Shown here one piece after another: positions 36,579 to 42,596 of a stretch of 42,596 bases of DNA. Made by a program: the position numbers and the translations under genes. The notes beneath the pieces are model-generated. The model did no database searches. It was not told the DNA's origin and was given only the letters and a program-made list of their open reading frames with translations. Source of the DNA: Bordetella parapertussis (GTDB lineage: Bacteria; Pseudomonadota; Gammaproteobacteria; Burkholderiales; SG8-41); assembly GCA_945865805.1 (NCBI GenBank), contig CAMBGJ010000002.1, positions 1 through 42,596 of the forward strand, written 5' to 3'. The stretch's first letter is position 1. Each line of letters begins with the position of its first letter.

Positions 36579-37799
36579 ATGCGCCCGCCGCTGAAAATCC
36601 GCCGCTACATCCTGCCTGCTGCCATCGGCCTTGTGGCCTGTCTGATGGCCTCGATGCCCGCCGCCCAGGACCAGCCCGTGGCGGGGCTATCGCTCGATCT
36701 CGACGAAGCAAAACTCTCGCCGCGCGAACGTCTCGGTCTGCGGCTGTTTTTCGACCCACGCCTGTCCGAGCCCGCTGGCGTGTCGTGTGCTTCGTGCCAC
36801 GACCCCGCACTCGCCTTCACCGGCAACAACGGTGCCCGTATCGGCGTGGCGCTCGGCAGCTTACCCGGCAGCTTTGGCTTTCGTGACACGCCCACGGCGA
36901 TGTACCTGGCCACCGCGCCCAAATTCGGCCACATCGAAAAAGACGGCAAACGCGTGCCAGCGGGCGGTCTGTTTTGGGACGGCCGCGCCGACACGCTGGA
37001 AGAACAAGCCAAGGGCCCCTTTTTCAACCCGATCGAAATGAACAACCGTGACCCCCGGTCTCTGGCCGCCAAAATCGCCAGCGGGCCGTATGCGGCAGAA
37101 TTCCGCAAAGTTTGGGGTGCGGGCATATTCGACAACGCCGAAGCCGCGCTGGACGCCGTGGCAGCCTCCATCGCCGCATTTGAACGCACCAGTATGTTTC
37201 AACCGTTCAGCTCGAAATTCGACGCGGTGATGCGTGGCCAAACGAAATTTACCGAGCAGGAACAGCGCGGCCTCTCGCTGTTCACCATCCGCCAAAAGGG
37301 CAATTGCGCGGCGTGCCATACGGTAGACGAAGCGTCGCGCGATCCAAAAAAATCGCTGTTCACGGATTTCAGTTACCACGCGCTGGGCCTGCCGCGCAGC
37401 CTGCGCATCCCCAAGAACGCCACCGACCCCACCTATCACGACCTGGGCCTGTGCGGGCCATTCAAAGCAACCACGCCGGAAAAAGATCCCCAAGGCTGCG
37501 GCCTGTTCAAAGTGCCGACGCTGCGTAACATCGCGCTTACCGCGCCTTATATGCACAACGGCATTTTCGATAACCTGCGCGACGCGGTCGCCTACTACGC
37601 CACGCGCGATACCGATCCCAGAAAATGGTTTCCCGAGGGTAAAAAATTCAACGACCTACCCGCGCAATTTCACACCAACGTTGATGTGGAAACGCCGCCC
37701 TACCAGCGCCGCCCCGGCCAGCGCGCGCAGCTGAACGACGCCGAGATCGACGACATCGTGGTGTTCCTGCACACTTTGACGGATGGTTATAAGCCGTAG
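36579..37799 (+). CDS. Di-haem cytochrome c peroxidase (CCP/MauG family)
   Basis: The ORF is 36543..37799 and I place the start at ATG 36579 (MRPPLKIRRY, signal peptide). Two haem c motifs are present (CASCHDP and CAACHT), plus PTLRNIALTAPYMHNG. Confidence 0.9.
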   Translation: MRPPLKIRRYILPAAIGLVACLMASMPAAQDQPVAGLSLDLDEAKLSPRERLGLRLFFDPRLSEPAGVSCASCHDPALAFTGNNGARIGVALGSLPGSFGFRDTPTAMYLATAPKFGHIEKDGKRVPAGGLFWDGRADTLEEQAKGPFFNPIEMNNRDPRSLAAKIASGPYAAEFRKVWGAGIFDNAEAALDAVAASIAAFERTSMFQPFSSKFDAVMRGQTKFTEQEQRGLSLFTIRQKGNCAACHTVDEASRDPKKSLFTDFSYHALGLPRSLRIPKNATDPTYHDLGLCGPFKATTPEKDPQGCGLFKVPTLRNIALTAPYMHNGIFDNLRDAVAYYATRDTDPRKWFPEGKKFNDLPAQFHTNVDVETPPYQRRPGQRAQLNDAEIDDIVVFLHTLTDGYKP

Positions 37800-37881
37800 G
37801 CGGAAATACGTTGCCACGTTTCCGGCATGCCTATTTGCCACCGGTGATTCATCCGGGTTTCATGTGGAACCCTACTCACCT

Positions 37882-37963
37882 TGTCATTCCCGCGCAAGCA
37901 GGAATCCATAACACTCTGCCATAGGTCACTCCCTATCGATTCCCGCCTGCGCGGGAATGACAG
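37882..37963. repeat. MITE-like element, family R2, second copy
   Basis: tgtcattcccgcgcaagcaggaatccataacactctgccataggtcactccctatcgattcccgcctgcgcgggaatgacag. Confidence 0.8.
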
Positions 37964-38061
37964 GGGAGGTTTATTTGCATCATGTCGTTGGCGTTGGATG
38001 CTCATCCGCGTTCACGGAGAATCAAATAAACGGTTTTTATGGATTCCCCGCAATCAAAACC

Positions 38062-38089
38062 AAAAAAGCCGCGGCAAGCCACGGCTTTT
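38062..38089 (-). terminator. Rho-independent terminator of pckG (potentially bidirectional)
   Basis: On the minus strand it reads gccgtgg-cttg-ccgcggc followed by tttttt, 20 nt after the pckG stop. The stem is 7 bp with one mismatch. Confidence 0.7.
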
Positions 38090-38108
38090 CACTTGAAGCA
38101 ATTAAAAC

Positions 38109-39917
38109 TTACAACGCCTGCTCCAACAGTCGCCGCTGCTCGATCATCTCCGCCGGCATGCGCGCGGACAATTCACCGAACAGCCGCTCGTGATCCTTGA
38201 CCTCGGCTTTCCATAGATCGCGATCCACGCACATCAATTCATCGAAGGCGTTTTTGCTGAAGCCATTGATGCCTTTGAGTTCGATGTCCTCAAAGCGCGG
38301 CATCATGCCAACGGGGGTTTCAGCAGCGCCGCCCTTGCCCTCGCAACGCTCGATGATCCATTTCAGTACGCGCATATTGTCGCCGAAGCCGGGCCACATG
38401 AACTTGCCGTGCTCGTCACGGCGGAACCAGTTGACGGCAAAGATTTTTGGCTCTTTTTTCAGCGCCTTGCCCACTTTCAGCCAGTGGCTGAAATAGTCAC
38501 CGAAGTGGTAGCCGCAAAACGGCAACATGGCGAACGGGTCGCGGCGTACCACACCCATTTTGCCAACGCTGGCAGCCGTGGTTTCAGAGGCCATGGTGGC
38601 GGCCATGTAGACGCCGTGCGTCCAGTCTTTGGCCTCGACCACCAGCGGTACGGTGGTGGTGCGACGGCCACCGAACAGAAAGGCGCTGATCGGTACGCCG
38701 GCAGGGTCTTCCCATTGCGGATCGATACACGGAATCTGCGACGCGGCCACGGTGAAGCGTGCATTGGGGTGCGCGGCGGGCTTGTCACCATCCAGGTCCC
38801 ACGATTTGCCTTGCCAATCGGTGAGATTCATCGGCGGCGTTTGCGACAGCCCTTCCCACCACACATCGCCATCGGGCGTCATCGCCACGTTGGTGAAGAT
38901 GGTGTTTTTGTTGAGCGCGGCCAGACAATTCGGATTGGTGAACTCGGAGGTGCCCGGCGCCACGCCGAACGCGCCCGCTTCGGGGTTGATGGCATACAGT
39001 TGCCCATCCTTGCCCGGCTTGATCCAGGCGATGTCTTCGCCAATGGTGGTGACTTTCCAGCCGACTAATTCTTTGGGCGGAATCAGCATCGCCAGATTGG
39101 TTTTGCCGCAAGCGCTGGGGAAAGCCGCCGCGATGTAATGCTTTTTGCCGCCCGGCGGCTGAATGCCGAGGATCAGCATGTGTTCAGCGAGCCAGCCCTG
39201 CTCGCGCGCCATGATCGAAGCGATGCGCAGCGCGAAACATTTCTTGCCCAGCAGCGCATTGCCGCCATAACCCGAGCCGAACGACCAGATGAGTTTATCG
39301 TCTGGGAAATGGCAGATGAATTTGTGCTGCTTGTTGCTCGGCCACACCACGTCTTTTTCGCCCGGCGCCAGCGGCGCGCCCACGCTGTGCAGACACGGCA
39401 CGAAAAACCCGTCGGCGAGTTGATCCAGCACCGCGCGGCCGATACGCGTCATCACGCGCATGCTCACCACCACGTACGGCGAATCGGTCAGTTCGACGCC
39501 GATATGCGAAATATGCGAACCCAGCGGGCCCATGCTGAACGGAATCACATACATGGTGCGGCCACGCATGCAGCCGTCGCTGATTTTGGTCAGCGTCGCG
39601 CGCATTTCGTCCGGCGCCACCCAGTTATTGTTGGGGCCGGCGTCTTCTTTGTTTTTGCTGCACACAAAGGTGCGGTCTTCCATGCGCGCCACGTCATCGG
39701 GATCAGAGCGGGCGAGAAAGCAGCCGGGACGCTTTTGTTCGTTCAACTTGATCAGCATGCCGGTGGAGACCATTTCGGCGCACAGGCGGTCGTATTCAGC
39801 CTGCGAACCATCGCACCAAACAATGCGCTCGGGCTGGGTGAGTTGGGCCACTTCAGCCACCCACGCGGCCAGTTTTTTGTTCTTGACGTAATCAGGCGCA
39901 GTCGTTGCCGCAGTCAT
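38109..39917 (-). CDS. pckG: Phosphoenolpyruvate carboxykinase (GTP)
   Basis: The ORF is 38109..39962. I place the start at ATG 39917 ([11 protein letters not shown]), preceded by aagga. The kinase-1a motif is [15 protein letters not shown] and the length is about 602 aa. Confidence 0.95.
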   Translation of the reverse strand: MTAATTAPDYVKNKKLAAWVAEVAQLTQPERIVWCDGSQAEYDRLCAEMVSTGMLIKLNEQKRPGCFLARSDPDDVARMEDRTFVCSKNKEDAGPNNNWVAPDEMRATLTKISDGCMRGRTMYVIPFSMGPLGSHISHIGVELTDSPYVVVSMRVMTRIGRAVLDQLADGFFVPCLHSVGAPLAPGEKDVVWPSNKQHKFICHFPDDKLIWSFGSGYGGNALLGKKCFALRIASIMAREQGWLAEHMLILGIQPPGGKKHYIAAAFPSACGKTNLAMLIPPKELVGWKVTTIGEDIAWIKPGKDGQLYAINPEAGAFGVAPGTSEFTNPNCLAALNKNTIFTNVAMTPDGDVWWEGLSQTPPMNLTDWQGKSWDLDGDKPAAHPNARFTVAASQIPCIDPQWEDPAGVPISAFLFGGRRTTTVPLVVEAKDWTHGVYMAATMASETTAASVGKMGVVRRDPFAMLPFCGYHFGDYFSHWLKVGKALKKEPKIFAVNWFRRDEHGKFMWPGFGDNMRVLKWIIERCEGKGGAAETPVGMMPRFEDIELKGINGFSKNAFDELMCVDRDLWKAEVKDHERLFGELSARMPAEMIEQRRLLEQAL

Positions 39918-40290
39918 GGTTATTCCTTGTTGTGAAACTTGTAAAAAACCCTTAAAAAACAATGGCTAAGCGAAATTTTTCAGTACACCCTACCAGCGAA
40001 GTGCGCGATTTTACCTGATTTGCAGAGCGGCAGGCTAGGCAAAAAGTCACATTTTCCGGGGCAAACAGTGCGGGAAAATACCTACAAAATGCGCAGTACG
40101 AGGAGCCGCTGCACAGAACGATCAAACGGCCATTCCACGCGACCAGACCCGAGGCAATAACACGCCTGGCCTTCACCACCCAGCAAATCTCCGTCCTGGT
40201 TTATGATCGGGATAAACTCATAAAATTGAATAAAAACAAATAGTTACATCATTTCTTGGGAAGACGTACATTTCTGCTACGCTCACGCCA

Positions 40291-41532
40291 ATGCCCCGCT
40301 TCACCCTGTTACCCACAGGCACCCTGCCCGACGCCAAACGCCTGCTCGCCGCCCGTGCGCTGCGCGGCTTCACCGACGGCTATGTCGCAATGCTGTTGCC
40401 GTATTACCTGACACTCGCCGGCTACAGCGCGCTGCAAATTGGTTTCATCATCACCGCCACGCTGCTGGGTTCGGGCGTGATGACGCTGAGCATCGGCTTA
40501 ATCGCTTACCGTTACCGCAGCCGCACCTTGCTGGCTGCCGCATCGCTGCTGATGATCGCCACCGGCTGTGCCATGGTGCTGGTGACGGATTTCTGGCCGC
40601 TGTTGATCGTGGCTTTCATGGGCACGATCAATCCGTCCGCCGGGGATGTCAGCGTTTTTTTGCCGCTGGAGCAATCGCTTCTCACCACCACCACGCCCGC
40701 GCCGTCGCGCACCGCCCTGTTCGCGCGCTACAGCCTGGTGGCCGGCCTGGCGGCGGCGCTGGGCGCACAAGCGGCGGCCCTGCCGACGCTGGCCGCGACG
40801 TGGTTCGGGCTTAGCGAAAAAAGCGCGATTCAGGCGATGTTTTTGCTCTACGCAGCGGCCGGGCTCGGCGTGCTGGCGCTCTATCGCGGCCTCTCACCCG
40901 CGCTGGAGCCTGCAGGCGAGGTGCCGCGTGCGCCACTGGGGGCCTCCAAACACCGTGTCTACAAACTCGCAGCGGTATTCAGCATCGATGCCTTCGGCGG
41001 CGGCTTTGCGGTGCAGTCGCTGCTGGCGCTGTGGCTGTATCAGCGTTTCGGGCTGACGGTGGCCGAGGCCGGCACGCTGTTTTTGTGCACCAGCCTGCTG
41101 GGGGCGTTTTCGCAACTGGCGGCCAGCTGGGTGGCCGCGCGCATCGGGTTGGTGAATACCATGGTGTTCACGCATCTGCCCGCTAACCTGTTGTTTATTT
41201 TGGTACCTTTCATGCCCAACCTGCCGCTGGCAATCGCCTGTCTGCTGGGACGATCACTGCTGGGGTCGATGGACGTGCCGGCGCGGGTGTCATACGTGAT
41301 GGCCGTGGTGTCGCCCGCCGAACGCCCCGCCGCGGCCAGTGTGACCAATGTGCCGCGCAGCCTCGCGTCCGCCTTGAGTCCGGCGCTGGCTGGATATATG
41401 CTCACACTTTCCAGCTTTGGCTGGCCGCTGGTAGTATGCGGGGTGTTGAAGATTGTCTATGATCTGACATTGTTGTCGATGTTTCAGTCGGTTAAACTGC
41501 CCGAAGAATCCGCAAAAAAGGGGAAGACATGA
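40291..41532 (+). CDS. MFS transporter
   Basis: 413 aa with about 12 hydrophobic segments. The N-terminus RALRGFTDGYVAMLLPYYL is typical of an MFS subfamily. Confidence 0.8.
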   Translation: MPRFTLLPTGTLPDAKRLLAARALRGFTDGYVAMLLPYYLTLAGYSALQIGFIITATLLGSGVMTLSIGLIAYRYRSRTLLAAASLLMIATGCAMVLVTDFWPLLIVAFMGTINPSAGDVSVFLPLEQSLLTTTTPAPSRTALFARYSLVAGLAAALGAQAAALPTLAATWFGLSEKSAIQAMFLLYAAAGLGVLALYRGLSPALEPAGEVPRAPLGASKHRVYKLAAVFSIDAFGGGFAVQSLLALWLYQRFGLTVAEAGTLFLCTSLLGAFSQLAASWVAARIGLVNTMVFTHLPANLLFILVPFMPNLPLAIACLLGRSLLGSMDVPARVSYVMAVVSPAERPAAASVTNVPRSLASALSPALAGYMLTLSSFGWPLVVCGVLKIVYDLTLLSMFQSVKLPEESAKKGKT

Positions 41533-42446
41533 AGCTGCTCAGTTTCCGCCCGCCACGCGCCCGAGTCGATCATTTCGGCGTGCTGTTGTCCAACGGCCAG
41601 GCGCTCGACATCACCGAGGCCAAAATCGGGCGCGGCCTGCCCGACACGCTGCTCGATTGCGTACGCGGCGGTGCCGATGCACTGGCGCGCGTGCGCGATG
41701 TGCTGGCACAAGCCGAACAGCGGCTAAAGGCCGGCAGCCGCGAAAACATTGTTACGCTGACCGAGGTGACGCCGCGTCCGCCGCTGATCCCCGGCAAAAT
41801 CATGGCCATCGGCAAGAATTATTCCGATCACGCCGCCGAAGTCGGCAGTGCGGCTTATTCGCGCCCGGCCGGGTTCATCAAGCACGTGGATACGCTGATC
41901 GCCGACGGCGACACTATCCGCAAGCCGTCGTGGACGGAAAAGCTCGATTACGAAACCGAACTCGCGGTGATCATCAGCGACGAATGCGCCGACGTGCCGC
42001 CGGAAGAAGCCTACGAGCATATTTTCGGCTACACCATCATGAACGATGTGTCCGCGCGCGACGTGCAGACCGCCGAGCGACTGGAAGGTAACATATTGAT
42101 TGGAAAGAACTTTCCGACAGCCGCCCCGTTGGGCCCGTGGGTCGTGACCAAGGACGAAATCGCCGATCCGCACAACCTGCGGCTGACCACCAAGGTCAAC
42201 GGCGAGTTGCGTCAAAACGCCAATACCCGCACGCAGATTTTTCACATCCCGGCGCAAGTGGCGTGGTATTCGCACGCGGGCCTTTTCCCTGGCGACATTA
42301 TCTCCACCGGCACGCCAGCGGGCGTGGCCGCAGGCTACAAGGGCGAAGGCTCGTGGTGGCTCAAAAACGGCGATCTGATCGAAAGCGAAATCGAGAAAAT
42401 CGGCGTGCTGCGCAATCCGGTTTCTACGCGCAAACGCCGCTCTTAG
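41529..42446 (+). CDS. Fumarylacetoacetate hydrolase (FAH) family protein
   Basis: 305 aa. The start overlaps the MFS stop (ATGA). Motifs: YETELAVIIS, GYTIMNDVSARD and DIISTGTPAGV. Confidence 0.85.
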   Translation: MKLLSFRPPRARVDHFGVLLSNGQALDITEAKIGRGLPDTLLDCVRGGADALARVRDVLAQAEQRLKAGSRENIVTLTEVTPRPPLIPGKIMAIGKNYSDHAAEVGSAAYSRPAGFIKHVDTLIADGDTIRKPSWTEKLDYETELAVIISDECADVPPEEAYEHIFGYTIMNDVSARDVQTAERLEGNILIGKNFPTAAPLGPWVVTKDEIADPHNLRLTTKVNGELRQNANTRTQIFHIPAQVAWYSHAGLFPGDIISTGTPAGVAAGYKGEGSWWLKNGDLIESEIEKIGVLRNPVSTRKRRS

Positions 42447-42460
42447 GCAGGGCAATTGCA

Positions 42461-42596
42461 TCAAATAGCCACCATCCCAAGTAATTGCTCACGATAAGAA
42501 TCGCTGGTTGATGCGACCAGGCGTCGCGTCTTGATTCCGCCCTTGCGAGCCTTATCCAGCCGCAGGATATTGAGCACCATGCGACGCACCGTGGCA
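42461..42596 (-). mobile_element. ISAs1-family (H-repeat type) transposase, C-terminal 44 codons only. The gene continues beyond the window edge.
   Basis: The minus frame reads ATVRRMVLNILRLDKARKGGIKTRRLVASTSDSYREQLLGMVAI* with its stop at 42461-42463. This resembles the ISAs1 C-terminus (..INIL..DK..K.g...K...Aa.d..YL...L). Confidence 0.5.

Noticed and set aside
106-42484. Many long ORFs in the six-frame track lie antisense to or overlap the called genes. Examples are 106..837, 4054..4902, 5807..6727, 9255..10088, 11899..12603, 13817..14479, 14798..15451, 22157..22714, 23433..23987, 30972..31655, 32115..33164, 33675..34520, 36861..37556, 39138..39935 and 41724..42464.
   Set aside because: These are typical shadow ORFs of GC-rich DNA. 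Their translations are Arg/Ala/Gly/His-rich and low in complexity, and they carry no recognisable motifs. Each overlaps a gene with strong family signatures on the other strand or in another frame.
1-42596. Genome-wide reassignment of TAG as a sense codon (or pyrrolysine) as the explanation for the three in-frame ambers.
   Set aside because: TAG terminates at least nine well-supported genes at their expected C-termini. These include phaC at 23168-70, phaB at 23967-69, the peroxidase at 37797-99, the FAH gene at 42444-46, the ATPase at 24174-76 and the propeller at 34903-05. At most, inefficient suppression is conceivable. No pyl genes were seen.
1-42596. CRISPR arrays, tRNA, rRNA, tmRNA or riboswitches in the longer intergenic gaps (18774-18969, 23970-24173, 26367-26799, 30584-31040, 37800-38108 and 39963-40290).
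   Set aside because: There are no regularly spaced direct repeats and no cloverleaf-compatible or conserved RNA signatures I could recognise by eye. This is a weak negative. A covariance-model scan (Infernal/Rfam, tRNAscan-SE) would be needed to exclude them.

Overview
This is a GC-rich chromosomal segment, most likely betaproteobacterial. That assignment is an inference from the many Bug/TctC receptors, the phaC-phaB/phaR genes and the 'gtcattcccgcg...' type repeats. I can support about 38 protein-coding genes. I found no rRNA, tRNA or CRISPR array.

Layout:
- Both edges carry IS relics: an IS4-family transposase pseudogene at 79-690 and the C-terminal end of an ISAs1-family transposase at 42461-42596.
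- 1.3-15.7 kb is a receptor-rich catabolic island. It holds three Bug/TctC solute receptors (one broken by an amber codon), an Asp/Glu/hydantoin-racemase-like gene, a ThDP enzyme, a DegT-type aminotransferase, a GST, a TauD/TfdA dioxygenase, a crotonase, a MOSC protein, an MFS transporter and an oxidoreductase.
- 15.8-18.8 kb holds a class III cyclase-FHA fusion, a small membrane ORF and a secreted Sel1-repeat/trypsin-like protease fusion.
- 19-21 kb holds ygfZ, an NRDE-family gene and a GNAT.
- phaC-phaB (21.4-24.0 kb) is separated from phaR-rimO (31.0-33.1 kb) by a 6.8 kb minus-strand block. That block holds an orphan GspE/PilB-type ATPase with a C-terminal (pseudo)receiver domain, a Cys-rich lipoprotein, nhaA and an MscS-family channel.
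- 33-42.5 kb holds a DUF1232 gene, a TAXI receptor (amber-interrupted), a YVTN beta-propeller / Sel1 / di-haem peroxidase trio, GTP-PEPCK, an MFS transporter and a FAH-family hydrolase.

Main points for follow-up:
1. The ATPase-receiver fusion and its neighbouring lipoprotein, which together split the pha locus.
2. The cyclase-FHA / Sel1-protease module.
3. Three otherwise intact genes that each carry a single in-frame TAG.
4. A recurrent AT-rich 17-mer resembling an IHF site at gene boundaries.
5. Two further intergenic repeat families (REP-like and MITE-like).

All functional calls come from motif recognition by eye. No database search was run.
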